Assembly: GCA_963778115.1 (NCBI GenBank)
Contig: CAVZSV010000004.1
Span: forward strand, 1,792,001 to 1,856,000
Direction of reading: 5' to 3'
DNA from: an uncultured delta proteobacterium
Lineage (GTDB): Bacteria > Bdellovibrionota > FAC87 > UBA2466
DNA: 64,000 bases
Positions 32,142 to 42,424 of this stretch are shown here, piece by piece; within the stretch, counting starts at the first letter, position 1, and each line of letters begins with the position of its first letter. The notes under the pieces were generated by a model. The model did not search any database, had not been told where the DNA came from, and saw nothing but the letters and a program-made list of their open reading frames with translations. The translations under genes were made by a program, and so were the position numbers.

Positions 32142-32601
32142 ATTTACCATCACCCGCATATTCAACGCTCCTCGTGAAATGGTCTTTCAAGCATGGAGCG
32201 ATCCCAAGTATGTCATGCAGTGGTGGGGACCCGCTCAATTCACCTCCCCTCACTGCACTATAGATTTTCGTGTGGGTGGCAAATTCCATTTCTGTATGCG
32301 TGCCCCCGACGGCCGTGAATATTGGAACGTGGGAACTTACAAAGAGATCGTGATTCCAGAAAGGATTGTCTCCGTCATGTATTTTTCTGACAAAGACGCC
32401 AATATCCTTCCCGCATCCACTTATTTTGCGAACACCGACTTTCCCAATGAAATGGTCGACGTCGTTACCTTTGAAGTGGTCGCCGCCGGAAAAACAAAAC
32501 TGACGTTGTGTCGCAATCATTCCGAAGAGCTTGCTAACAAATTTGGTGAAATTCAGGGTTGGAATCAATCTCTGGATCGCTTCGCGAAAGTCGTCTGCTA
32601 A
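32128..32601 (+). CDS. SRPBCC/AHSA1 domain protein
   Basis: ITRIFNAPREMVFQAW...WWGP...DFRVGG...GWNQSLDR; overlaps arsR. Confidence 0.9.
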   Translation: MAKNEFTITRIFNAPREMVFQAWSDPKYVMQWWGPAQFTSPHCTIDFRVGGKFHFCMRAPDGREYWNVGTYKEIVIPERIVSVMYFSDKDANILPASTYFANTDFPNEMVDVVTFEVVAAGKTKLTLCRNHSEELANKFGEIQGWNQSLDRFAKVVC

Positions 32602-32602
32602 A

Positions 32603-32629
32603 GGTATCGGTTACTTCTAGTCCGATACC
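32603..32629. terminator. Hairpin between convergent genes, possible terminator
   Basis: GGTATCGG...CCGATACC 8-bp stem; no clear T tract. Confidence 0.4.
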
Positions 32630-32644
32630 CTTAGCCCATACGCC

Positions 32645-33490
32645 CTATTGCTGACTGAGAGAATCGGCTTGAGGCCTTTCCTGAGGAAGGCTGTCAATAA
32701 AGCCTGCGTCCTGAAATTGCTGGGTCCAATAAGGCCAGCCGGTACTGTCCGTATAAAGACCTACGCCAATATAATCGTACTTCGGACTTAAAATCGCACT
32801 TCGATGGCCTGGCGAATTCATCCACTGTGCCAATGCGCCCTCAGGGGTCGGTGACATCTGTGCGATATTTTCGGCCACCACGGGCTTGCCCGGTGGGTGG
32901 TACATCGACATGGGATGTTCCTTCATTTTCACGCTATCCATCCACTTTGAAGTACGGTTGCTCCCATCTATTAAATATTTCGCCGGCATATAGGGTTTGA
33001 GTTGATACTTCGCCCGCTCAAGATTGGTTAACCGAATGAGCCGGTATTGAATCTTGTCCATGACCACTCCCCGCGGATTGGGAACCATAGGGTCGGGCTC
33101 TCCATTGGCTTTCGCAACATAAGTTCCTGAGGGTTTCACTGTGAAGATGAGATCTCCTTTTTTATAGGAGGTCTGCTCGCCACTTTCTTTGACGGCAACC
33201 CCTTCCCGAGGAGCTGGGTAGGCATCGGCTGCCTGATACCATTTTCCGTCAACCTCATACTCAAGTCCCTGTCTGGTCCACCTGACAGGGCTAGTGCTCA
33301 TGGTGGGAGTCGGATCTGCCTCTACGGCTGCCACCTGTCGCGTAGCGGAAGGGGTCGCGATCGTATACCCGTGGTTAACAGTACCGTTATTCCCCCGCCC
33401 GCGAAAAAGGCCCGCGTGTGATTCCCGTTGGGTAATTACCAGACTCAACACGATCAAGACGAATAAAGTTCTAATCTGTTTCTTTCTCAT
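32645..33490 (-). CDS. Secreted CAP-domain protein
   Basis: LTNLERAK, AENIA, WMNSPGHRSAIL, IGVG...YWTQQF; signal peptide from ATG 33490. Confidence 0.9.
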   Translation of the reverse strand: MRKKQIRTLFVLIVLSLVITQRESHAGLFRGRGNNGTVNHGYTIATPSATRQVAAVEADPTPTMSTSPVRWTRQGLEYEVDGKWYQAADAYPAPREGVAVKESGEQTSYKKGDLIFTVKPSGTYVAKANGEPDPMVPNPRGVVMDKIQYRLIRLTNLERAKYQLKPYMPAKYLIDGSNRTSKWMDSVKMKEHPMSMYHPPGKPVVAENIAQMSPTPEGALAQWMNSPGHRSAILSPKYDYIGVGLYTDSTGWPYWTQQFQDAGFIDSLPQERPQADSLSQQ

Positions 33491-33519
33491 GCTCTTCCCC
33501 CCGGAGTGCACGGTAAGAG

Positions 33520-33535
33520 AGCAACGAAGGTGCCA
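33520..33535 (-). promoter_or_regulatory. Sigma-54 (-24/-12) promoter
   Basis: Minus strand reads TGGCACC-TTCG-TTGCT, 30 bp upstream of ATG 33490. Confidence 0.75.
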
Positions 33536-33799
33536 AGATCTCAGGCGCGAACACCCTCGCCCACTGACAGAGAGCTAGCCCCCCACTGTCAGTATGCCTT
33601 TGCAGACTAAAGGAGGGGTCTTGATATCACGTGGATTTTCTTAAATTCACTACAAGCAAGACAGCGGACTGCCGATGCGACATTCTTTCCCTCATAGTCC
33701 CGGTGTAAGCCTTCCCACAGCGTTGCACTAAAAAGCAATATTTTCGCCCTCCGATTTTCCCTACATTCGCTTCCGAAATGACGCTTTCGGAGGTGAGTC

Positions 33800-34433
33800 A
33801 TGATGAAAAAAAAGATGGTAGTTCATGCTTTGTTATTGGTTTGTCTATGGATGTTACCCGGCTACCTTGAAGCCCCAAGGCATACGTTGAGTCCCGTTGA
33901 GAAGGCAGAGGATATCGCTTGGCTTTTGGATAGAGTCAAAGAGAGCTATGCGCCTCTAAAATCGTTTTCTGCTCCTACGAGTGCTGACGCATGAAATGGG
34001 ACATGTCTTCGGACTTCCGCATTCGTTAATGTCGGACCTCTACGCGGAAGCACTCCTCAAACAGTTCGAACCCGAACAGGAGCAGTTCGCATTTGCCGGG
34101 ATGATAGGCGGCTTGTTCGTTTTTCCTACCTCCGTCTGCACGGCGTCCGTCGATATGACGAATGCGAATCTCTTTTTTAAAGTCCCTAAGGAAAAGGAGC
34201 GCAATGACTCCATTTGCTTTTCGTTCGATGTCAAAACGAAACGAATCGAGGTTAGTACCGTGAAAGTTTTTGATCAAATTACGCCACAGACAGTGCCTCT
34301 TGGTTTTATAGATCGACTCAAGTTGACCTACTATCAGCAGCCGGCCGTTGTCTTGAAAGTCAGCGCTAAGCAGAAAGTATTTCTCGAGGCGGAATTTTCA
34401 CTGCTTCCGATAAGTCGGAAATGCCCATTGTAA
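33800..34433 (+). pseudogene. Fragmented secreted peptidase remnant(s)
   Basis: Short ORF with signal peptide and S41-like start (EKAEDIAWLL...YAPL), followed by an out-of-frame ORF with HEMGH zinc motif. Confidence 0.45.
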
Positions 34434-34625
34434 TGAACCTCAACGGACCCGGTGAATGGAACTGGGATATGAGTTTTAGCGGGCTCATAAACGGCCAAAT
34501 GGAGTTTCTTGTTGGCGGCAATCGCTTCGCTTTTTAATCCTCTCCACGCCTTCCAAACCAAGAAGCTTTTCTGATATCCTTTCATGGGTTAATTTGATCT
34601 TTTTATATACTTCAGGGGAGAAAGC

Positions 34626-35045
34626 ATGAGCAAAGCTATAGATAACTTGATAGAGGCCCAGAAATTCGCAATGAGCATTCGTCCCAAGATTGGGGGCTTT
34701 CCGTATCTTGCAGAAGCTCTCAGACTAGCGGGCGTTACCCAGAATCTATGGCATCTGCCTTCCTGCCAAAGCCTCTATCTTACCAAACATGGAGCGGTCA
34801 TTAATCAAGGGACCCCTCTGGTTACCGGTATGTACGAAGTTCCCCAATTTGACCGCGAAGCCTTAATTCGAGCATTACGAACCGACCAAGAAGGAAAAAG
34901 TACTTTTCCTGAATTTCTGCAGTCCACTTGGAAGGCGGGTGTTGTGAAATACGACGTCGACCTAAAAAAGCGCACTTGTACCTACTTTGGCGCTGACGGC
35001 GAATCCTACGTCGAAGAATATCCCGCGGTTGAACTAAAAAAATAA
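34626..35045 (+). CDS. DUF1398 family protein
   Basis: RPKIGGFPYLAEALRLAGV...LRTDQEGKSTFPEFL...WKAGVVKYDVD. Confidence 0.85.
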   Translation: MSKAIDNLIEAQKFAMSIRPKIGGFPYLAEALRLAGVTQNLWHLPSCQSLYLTKHGAVINQGTPLVTGMYEVPQFDREALIRALRTDQEGKSTFPEFLQSTWKAGVVKYDVDLKKRTCTYFGADGESYVEEYPAVELKK

Positions 35046-35066
35046 GGGCACAAGATCGGACGAAGT

Positions 35067-35627
35067 TTAGGAAAAAAAGTGTTTGGCGTCGGGACTGGTG
35101 TAAAAGCGATAGAGAAGCCATTGGAAAAAAATGCATAAGGCTATTACAGAGAAGATAATGCCAAAGCTGGTGGGAGAGGAGAACGTGTCATTATGGCCTT
35201 CCCTGGCGCGTTCGAAACCGATCAAAAAGGAGAGGATGGCAGACAAACATGCTATCGGAAAGAGCACTAGGATACTCTTTCGGGCTCGCTCATCGCGTCT
35301 CGCGAGCAAGATCGCCTCGAGCAGCAGGATCAAGCTTACGCACACGGAGCCCCAAAAATCTGCCACGACCGCCCAACCAGGTACCACGCCAACCGGCTTG
35401 TTTAGTTCGGCCATCAAAGCACGAAACTCTTCTGACGGACCGTTAAATAATTCGATAGTTAATCCGTAAAACTGATGTGCGGGAGCGACGTTCATCAAGA
35501 ACAAAAAGACCACGAATAAAGAATTGATGATCTCCGTTTTACGCCCGCCTATCCCCTTACGCCTGCCCGCCATGAAGCCGTAAATGAGCTGTATCGTCAT
35601 AAACAGGTAAAAGATCGTTTCTGCCAT
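35067..35627 (-). CDS. Hypothetical membrane protein
   Basis: 186-aa ORF with about five hydrophobic segments. Confidence 0.6.
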   Translation of the reverse strand: MAETIFYLFMTIQLIYGFMAGRRKGIGGRKTEIINSLFVVFLFLMNVAPAHQFYGLTIELFNGPSEEFRALMAELNKPVGVVPGWAVVADFWGSVCVSLILLLEAILLARRDERARKSILVLFPIACLSAILSFLIGFERAREGHNDTFSSPTSFGIIFSVIALCIFFQWLLYRFYTSPDAKHFFS

Positions 35628-35703
35628 AGTGGTTGGATTATAACCATAGAGTGACGCGCGAACGAAACCATTTTCTGTTCCGTCCGAGCCAGCGGAGGTG
35701 TGG

Positions 35704-35798
35704 AGGTGTCACTCTCCTTGCGGGCCCTTTTGGAACGGGTCACGTTTGAAGTTTCGATATGACCCGTACCTATCGGGCCCGATAGGAGAGTGACACCT
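35704..35798. repeat. ~95-bp palindromic REPIN/MITE-like element (family A), full copy
   Basis: AGGTGTCACTCTCC...GGGCCC...GGAACGGGTCA [loop] TGACCCGTACC...GGGCCC...GGAGAGTGACACCT; near-identical to 49081-49173 and 55784-55860 in reverse complement. Confidence 0.9.
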
Positions 35799-37296
35799 AT
35801 TTCCCTGTCGTACTTTTTTCTATAAGCCATTGGATAGCTTGGTTAACGTTTCGCTGGCCTGGTTCCCATCCATTGGTCCCAAGGATCACCCGGAATTCGG
35901 GATGGTCTTTTAGAAACTGCGGTCCTAAGACAGATAATAAGGAATTCAATTTCGTATCGGCGCTGCTCCAAACGTACGATTTGGCTAAGGGGCTAATTCC
36001 CACGGCCCATTCCTCCAGAGGAACCGTTGAAGAGGGGATGAGCAGAAACCTTAATCTGGCGACAATCGCCTCTTCATTACGTCGGTGCGAGAACCGTCCT
36101 TGCTGATATTCAAAAAGCCGCGAGGGCGGTTGATCCTTCAACGCAAACTCGATGGGATCTGTCCTCATGCCCTTGGCATAGATGTAACTAAAATAATCTC
36201 GGTTCGACATTGCGGTATTTTCAACCAGAAGATCCTGAATCGGATCGCCAATGGTTGGTCCCAGAAGGGAAATGGCCCCCGTGTGTCGTTTTTCAGAGAA
36301 GATCGTTACCCATCGCTGTTTGTGCTCTTGAAAAGTCGTAGGATCGAAAAAGACCGAAAGATCTTTATCATAGCCTAACAAAACGGCGATGATGGCATAT
36401 TGCAGCCTCGAGTAGTCGGGGCTCTTTCGCATTAGGAATCCGATACGGATTAGATTTTGAGCGGCAAGATGATCGCCATACTGCTCGTTTCTAAGATCGG
36501 TCACAAAGAGTCGACCGTTCGCCTTTCGATACCACTGGGGCGAGACAAGTTCTCTAAATAACGGATCCGTGGATGTTGCCTGCGTGTCCAACCATTTTGA
36601 GAGACGCGCAAATTCAAGAGGGCTCAATTCCCCGTCTATTCTCCCAAACGCATTTCGATAGAAGGGACCTAAGTCGAAGAGCGCTTTACCGGCCAGAGGG
36701 TCTTTACTAGTTTCTCCTCCATGACAGATATGACAACTCTCAAGACCTTCGTGGGTTATCTCGTTTGAGGTAAAGAAATTAAAATGTAGCAGATCATATT
36801 GAACAAACAACGAGTGTCTAGGATGTCCGGAATCCGCAAATCGAAAATCGATTAAGTGGAACTGATTTATTCCAGTATTGGGATCGAACACCCTTACTTC
36901 CAACTGCGGCTGGAGCTTTGGATCGGTGTGAGCGAAAAACGTGATGTTATTCAACGGTACAATAAATCGAGGTGTTTCAGGGGTGACGTGACTTCGATGC
37001 GTTCCATTGGAAGACGGCATCATGGGAAAAGCCGTGAGAGCCGCACGATACTTCGGAGTTTGTTTGAGAAATCTAATCAGTTGAAGCGTAGAGGTGATAT
37101 GGGCCTGTCGAATCTCTGCGATCAATAGATCGAAGTCGAAAGCAGAATATGCCTCCGCGATTCGCGAAGGTAGGGCCGCAGAGGGAATCCGGGAGGCGCA
37201 TTGCGAAGCGCTTTCATCCCGGCCTTGTGAGGCTATCAGGCTCACCGAGAACCATAGAAGTCCGAGCAGAAAATGCCATTGGGAAGTACGAAACAT
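35797..37296 (-). CDS. Secreted hypothetical protein with one CxxCH motif (possible c-type cytochrome)
   Basis: Signal peptide; SCHICHGG. Confidence 0.6.
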   Translation of the reverse strand: MFRTSQWHFLLGLLWFSVSLIASQGRDESASQCASRIPSAALPSRIAEAYSAFDFDLLIAEIRQAHITSTLQLIRFLKQTPKYRAALTAFPMMPSSNGTHRSHVTPETPRFIVPLNNITFFAHTDPKLQPQLEVRVFDPNTGINQFHLIDFRFADSGHPRHSLFVQYDLLHFNFFTSNEITHEGLESCHICHGGETSKDPLAGKALFDLGPFYRNAFGRIDGELSPLEFARLSKWLDTQATSTDPLFRELVSPQWYRKANGRLFVTDLRNEQYGDHLAAQNLIRIGFLMRKSPDYSRLQYAIIAVLLGYDKDLSVFFDPTTFQEHKQRWVTIFSEKRHTGAISLLGPTIGDPIQDLLVENTAMSNRDYFSYIYAKGMRTDPIEFALKDQPPSRLFEYQQGRFSHRRNEEAIVARLRFLLIPSSTVPLEEWAVGISPLAKSYVWSSADTKLNSLLSVLGPQFLKDHPEFRVILGTNGWEPGQRNVNQAIQWLIEKSTTGK

Positions 37297-37516
37297 TTCG
37301 GCCTATCTAGCGTATATGGCGAAATTTCGCAATTCTCTTGATCCTCACCCTATGTGAGGCCTTACGCTGGTGGTAGAGGAGGAGATATGAAAATTGGAGA
37401 GCTATCAAAGTACGAGTATCCGTTACATCGAGTCCAATCAGAGTATACCCTGCGTCAATTGCTCTTTTAAACACCGACTGGCACAATACAGAGGAATCGT
37501 CTCTCACTTAACTCTC

Positions 37517-39184
37517 ATGACCATTCGAACTTCCTTACTGATCCTCGTTTTAATTCTGGGGTGCCTCTCCGTCGTGGCAGAACCACCTCCCAACCCTCAT
37601 GAAAAACCGGGGATCAAAGGCGACGGGAACTCTCCGCTTGCGCCCCCAGAAGAGCTGTCTTCTCCAGAGCCGATCGTCGAGACAAGCGGGCTCTGTAATG
37701 ATTTGGCCAGGTTCACCTGTGCGCCCGGCGAGTACGACGACGGTACCGGCAGCGTTCTGGGGCTGGACCATGTGGTGAAACGATTCAAAGCGTTTAGCGA
37801 CAAGCAGAAAGATGCTTTAAAAGCTCAATTCGCAACCGAACTAAAGAAGAAATCCTATTTTCGAAAGAATGCCCTTTCCGCTACTGGCCTCTTTCATTCA
37901 CCAGATTGTCGTAAGGCCGATGATCCCAAAAGGCGAGAGGCCTGCGACGCCGTGCTGTCAGAAGCCCTCGCCACACTTGCCATGGAGCGTGTGCTCTCTC
38001 GCAGCAACCCCGCTCCCAATGAGATCTACCATGAGGGAAAAATTGAGGACCTCGATTTTCTTTTGAATAGTCGGGAATACCAAGGAATCGAATCCGCGCT
38101 CATTAAGAAGGCAAAGGTGGAACTATCGGACAAAGAGGCCGAAGCCAAACTTAAAGACGATATCTTCCCCAAAGTGGTTACCCTCATCACCAATCTCATC
38201 AAAAGAGTCGTTAAAGATCCTGCCCTGCAAGCCCATCTTCTGGAGAAGGTGGAAGCCATCGCCTATCTCGGAAATGACTGTGCATCGCTTCTCAAAGGAG
38301 ATCAGAATCGCAGAATCGATGGAATGCTGATCGATAACGCAGCCTACGATCCTATGTCGAACACCTTTAAATACTGCAACGGGAGCTTCCTTAAGATTAC
38401 GAGTCTCTTTACGATCGTGGGGACGATCGCCCATGAGTTGAGCCACGCCTTCGATCCCTGTGAAATCGCAGTCGGTCCGTCCGATGTGGCGCTAAAGTAT
38501 TCTAATGTGAAAGACCTGGAGAAGTCCCAGTCGGAATTTCCTTTTGAACGCCTGATCGCTTGTCTTAGATCTGAAGAATCGGTCGGAGCCAAACGCAGGC
38601 CACCCACGCTGGCCACCCAAGGGTACGGTACCATGCCCAATATGGACGACCCTTCTTCTGATAACGCTAGACCAGTCAATGGAGCCGTGAATCCAGCCCC
38701 GCCCCCTGGCCCTAACGCACCTCCCCAGCCGGGACCCATTCCTCCGACGGGAGGAGGCTATCCCGGATACCCAGGGGGTTATGGGGGATTCGGAGGGTAC
38801 GGTGGCTACCCCGTTGGAGTTTCCATCCCTATCGAAGTTCCCGATCCTAGAGCCGGTCGCTCGATATTTTGTGGGGACGATCAGATTGGGGAATCTTTCG
38901 CCGACTGGGTGTCGGCAGAAATCTTGCCCGAGTACATGAGCCAGTACCATCCAGAACTTACCGCCGAAAAAAATGAGTTGGGCTATGCCAATGTCTTTCG
39001 AGGCCATTGTGACAATCTGACGCCTTCTGTCGATCTCTCGTTAGTGAAATTCGATGTTCACCCGCCATTAAAGGCCCGAGTGAATAAGATCTTACTCGCC
39101 AACCCGAAGGTCAGGAAACAGATGGGGTGTCCCGTCGAAATGGCGGGAGCGACCTACTGCTCCGTTCCTGGGGGGCACTCGTGA
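37517..39184 (+). CDS. Secreted zinc metallopeptidase, M13 (neprilysin)-like gluzincin
   Basis: LCNDLARFTC (resembles the M13 N-terminal Cys motif), NAAY, IAHELSH, GESFAD, HPP..ARVN; Pro/Gly/Tyr-rich insertion. Confidence 0.7.
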   Translation: MTIRTSLLILVLILGCLSVVAEPPPNPHEKPGIKGDGNSPLAPPEELSSPEPIVETSGLCNDLARFTCAPGEYDDGTGSVLGLDHVVKRFKAFSDKQKDALKAQFATELKKKSYFRKNALSATGLFHSPDCRKADDPKRREACDAVLSEALATLAMERVLSRSNPAPNEIYHEGKIEDLDFLLNSREYQGIESALIKKAKVELSDKEAEAKLKDDIFPKVVTLITNLIKRVVKDPALQAHLLEKVEAIAYLGNDCASLLKGDQNRRIDGMLIDNAAYDPMSNTFKYCNGSFLKITSLFTIVGTIAHELSHAFDPCEIAVGPSDVALKYSNVKDLEKSQSEFPFERLIACLRSEESVGAKRRPPTLATQGYGTMPNMDDPSSDNARPVNGAVNPAPPPGPNAPPQPGPIPPTGGGYPGYPGGYGGFGGYGGYPVGVSIPIEVPDPRAGRSIFCGDDQIGESFADWVSAEILPEYMSQYHPELTAEKNELGYANVFRGHCDNLTPSVDLSLVKFDVHPPLKARVNKILLANPKVRKQMGCPVEMAGATYCSVPGGHS

Positions 39185-39594
39185 TGTCGAAATGGGTAGT
39201 CGCATTGGGGATTTTTTTTGCTTCCGCGGCACAGTCAGCGCCCAAGCCTCAAACCGCCGAATCCTTTGCCATCCAAGTCACCCATGCGGATGCGGTCTCT
39301 CATTTTGAGATTGCCGGAGAGGGCGACAAGAGATCCCTTCAATTTACAGACAAATCGGGGAAACCGTTTGTCAAACCGATAACGCAAGCGGATGTCAGCT
39401 ACCTCATGGGCAAACTCACGAAGGTAAAGTCCACTCCAAACAACTATTTGCAATGTCCCCGCAGCCGCGTGGACGTCGCTTACCACTCTTCGAAGGCCAA
39501 TAAGGGATTTTCCGTCTGCCTCTTTGGCAAAGATCCCGCCTCGATACAAATCGTTAGCTTGGTAAATCTGCTAGTCACCTTTGCGAGGTTTTAG
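39184..39594 (+). CDS. Small secreted hypothetical protein, translationally coupled to the peptidase
   Basis: ATG overlaps the upstream TGA; signal peptide ending AQS-A. Confidence 0.65.
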   Translation: MSKWVVALGIFFASAAQSAPKPQTAESFAIQVTHADAVSHFEIAGEGDKRSLQFTDKSGKPFVKPITQADVSYLMGKLTKVKSTPNNYLQCPRSRVDVAYHSSKANKGFSVCLFGKDPASIQIVSLVNLLVTFARF

Positions 39595-39698
39595 ATCCCG
39601 TTGTACCGCAAAGGTCTCCTTGTTTCGTCAAGAACAGAAGAACATTTAATGCTACTTCTACATTAAGGTAGATCTTCCTTTCGGATTTACATTAGGAT

Positions 39699-40967
39699 GT
39701 GGCGCCCATGAGATTTCGGATGAAAATTTGTCTGGCGCTCGCCTTTCTTTACCACTACAGCGTAGCGCAAATCGTGACCGCCAATCGGGTGTATCACCAC
39801 CAATCGGGCAAAAAATTTCAAGTGATCTATGGGTCTCGCCTGAGAGAACCAGAGGCAAGAACATCTTTATATCAGATAAATAAGCCAGATCCCGATTTGA
39901 CGGGAATCTTAAGAAAGACCGGCGAAGCGCTAGATCTTTGGCTTGCGATGTATGAAGAAAACGAATTTTTAGTGCCGGGTCAGGATGACCGTTTAATTCG
40001 AGAATATCGTAATAATCGCAGTCTCGATAAACACGACGATTTCATCCTCGTGTACGAGCTTTTCGATCTGATTGACGGGGTAACGAATCATGCTCGGTTG
40101 ATTGGCTTCTGGGGGGTAAGCGATGGCGCGGGAATGGAAAAGCTCTTGGGCATTCAACTGCATCGACGGGAGCTTAATCGCATAAGGATGAATCCACTTC
40201 TTGTGGCACTTCACTGGAGAACCAATCCGGATCGATTCTTTGGTCCGAACTATCTTACCATCTGGAGCGGAGAAAATGTGATTGAAAATGGTCCTGTCTG
40301 GGCGGACCCAAGTTATCCTTGGGTATTTAGCTTTATGTGGCATAGCGCCCACTGGGACGCTGGAATTACGACAACATCGCAGGCAATTTCCGAAGAGGCT
40401 AAGGCCCAAACCTCACTACCCGGCTGGGAGCCTGCCCTCATTATGCCCGCCGATTTTGTCAATTGGTCGGCACCCCGAACCGGAAAGTATTCCAGGGCCC
40501 GACTGTTTCGCGAACGCCTTCATCATGATCCTTTACTTATCGACGGAAGTTCTTCGATAGATTGGGAGGGGAAAAAGCTAGAATTATCCACCATTCACAT
40601 CACTAAATACCTTCACGATTTAGCAACTGAAATGCGTAACCCGGCCTTTGCCGATTTTACTATGAATTCTATTATGGGCCCTTTGCATCTGGGACAAAAG
40701 CCTTGGCTAAATCCTCCCTCTCCTGAGGATTTCAAAAGACCAGAGGTTATCGTAACCGGGATGGATGATCTTAGCTTCATAACCACTTCCCATCGCCGCT
40801 GTGGCCGGCTAATCGAATTGCTGTCCATGTATCCGATCATTTATGCCTTTCACGGAGGTTCCGGGGCCCCGCAATATCGGCTAAGAGAGACCACGATTCT
40901 GCGGGATGGTAGGCAAGAGTTTCTCCCTCTTTACGGGAGAAAAATTCCTAACCGCCAGGCCCCATAG
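39699..40967 (+). CDS. Hypothetical protein
   Basis: 422-aa ORF with signal-like N-terminus; no recognised motif. Confidence 0.55.
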   Translation: MAPMRFRMKICLALAFLYHYSVAQIVTANRVYHHQSGKKFQVIYGSRLREPEARTSLYQINKPDPDLTGILRKTGEALDLWLAMYEENEFLVPGQDDRLIREYRNNRSLDKHDDFILVYELFDLIDGVTNHARLIGFWGVSDGAGMEKLLGIQLHRRELNRIRMNPLLVALHWRTNPDRFFGPNYLTIWSGENVIENGPVWADPSYPWVFSFMWHSAHWDAGITTTSQAISEEAKAQTSLPGWEPALIMPADFVNWSAPRTGKYSRARLFRERLHHDPLLIDGSSSIDWEGKKLELSTIHITKYLHDLATEMRNPAFADFTMNSIMGPLHLGQKPWLNPPSPEDFKRPEVIVTGMDDLSFITTSHRRCGRLIELLSMYPIIYAFHGGSGAPQYRLRETTILRDGRQEFLPLYGRKIPNRQAP

Positions 40968-40979
40968 GATAGCCGTTAC

Positions 40980-41744
40980 TTATTTGGACTTAGCCGCTTG
41001 TTCGATTACTTTTGCCACTTCCTCTGGGTGGGAAATAAAGACCGCATGACTAGCATCAAATTCAAATTGTTGAACCGCTTTTGCTGTTGTAGCCATCTTC
41101 CGTTCGTCAGAGGGGGGGATCATATGATCTTGGCTTGAGACGATGTAGTAGCTAGGTTTATTTTTCCAAGCGGCCTTAGTAATTTTTGCCGAGACAGCCA
41201 GCAGCCCAAGGGGAGCTTGCGAAGCCGCCATGAATTCAGCTTTTTTTGGGTCAATATCCGCGGCAAATGCCTCTGGAAATTTAGCTCGATCGATAAGCGC
41301 AATTCCTTTTTTTCCATCAATAAGAATTGGCGGAGCCGGAACACTCTGATCGGCTTTTTTGAGTAAGTCCTCAACAGACTCCCCTACGTCGGGTACATAG
41401 GCCGCGACATATACGAGTGATTTAACTTTCTGATCGTCTCCGGCTTGAGTAATCACAGCACCACCGTAAGAGTGACCCACCAATACTACTGGCCCACTTT
41501 CATTAGCTAAAACGTTCTGCGTTGCAGTCACATCCGCCTCCAAAGAGACAAGTGGGTTTTGAACGATAGTGACCTTGTACCCATCATCCGTGAGAATGCG
41601 GTAGACACCCTCCCACCCTGAGCCATCGGCGAAAGCTCCGTGGACGATAACGATGTTTTTCGCTTCCGGGTTCTCATCAGCCAAAGCCTGGAATCCAAAC
41701 AAGGATGCATACACTCCCAACAGTCCGATAATTGGAGTTTTCAT
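40980..41744 (-). CDS. Secreted alpha/beta hydrolase (Abhydrolase_6-like)
   Basis: VHGAFADGSGW, GHSYGG nucleophile elbow, DHMIPP, ASHAVFISHP. Confidence 0.92.
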   Translation of the reverse strand: MKTPIIGLLGVYASLFGFQALADENPEAKNIVIVHGAFADGSGWEGVYRILTDDGYKVTIVQNPLVSLEADVTATQNVLANESGPVVLVGHSYGGAVITQAGDDQKVKSLVYVAAYVPDVGESVEDLLKKADQSVPAPPILIDGKKGIALIDRAKFPEAFAADIDPKKAEFMAASQAPLGLLAVSAKITKAAWKNKPSYYIVSSQDHMIPPSDERKMATTAKAVQQFEFDASHAVFISHPEEVAKVIEQAAKSK

Positions 41745-41971
41745 AATAATCTTTTTCCCTTCTAGATTATTTTTTAAAATTTTTAAAATACTGCCTACTC
41801 CGATATAGCTCACTACGCCAAAAGTCAACATCCCACGACATCAGGCATACTTTCGCAACACCTTACTGCCGAAGGGACGGCGAGACGCTATCGAACCAGC
41901 GATTATAGAAAGCAATGTACACGGACAGTTGCCTGGGATAGCTTTCGTTCAAAATTTGTAAGGAGTTTAGA

Positions 41972-42424
41972 ATGAAAGGTATTTGGCTCGCTCTAGCACT
42001 GTTACTTACGGTCAACGCCACTGCGGACGAGGGGACGGTCTGTGGTGAAAAATTTCTTACGACTCCAGCTTCGGCCAGCTATCAAGGAGTCCGTCAGGCG
42101 GTTGTTCATTATCTCGAAGTAAAAGCAGGGGTGGCCGACAAAGATCTCCTCGCCAAAATTGGGAAAAATTTAATAAATGGGACCCACTTTGATGCCTATG
42201 AAGGGGGAGTCATTCTTAATCTAGAAACTTCTGCGACTCCGATCTTTCCCGAACTTAAGGGGGCATCGGCCTAGTTTGTTGCTCAGTGCGATACCAAGAG
42301 CGGCGAATTTGTAGTTCTCAATATCAACTTCAATTATTACCCGGATCCTCAAAAGGGTCCCACGAAAGCTATCTTCGCACCTAGAATGTCCGTTAGTGAG
42401 CTGCTTGACCTTAAGGGGGAGTAG
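41972..42424 (+). pseudogene. Secreted protein interrupted by an in-frame TAG
   Basis: RBS AAGGAG and signal peptide; TAG at 42272-42274 is followed by 49 more in-frame sense codons (FVAQCDTKSGEF...LKGE) to TAG 42424. Confidence 0.55.

Noticed and set aside
34334..34585. 83-aa minus-strand ORF
   Set aside because: Overlaps a remnant on the other strand and has no motif I can support.
34626..35045. Prophage, because DUF1398 is sometimes labelled phage envelope protein
   Set aside because: No integrase, structural or replication phage genes nearby.
42272..42274. TAG recoding (pyrrolysine or alternative code)
   Set aside because: No pyl genes or suppressor tRNA in the window, and several intact genes end in TAG.
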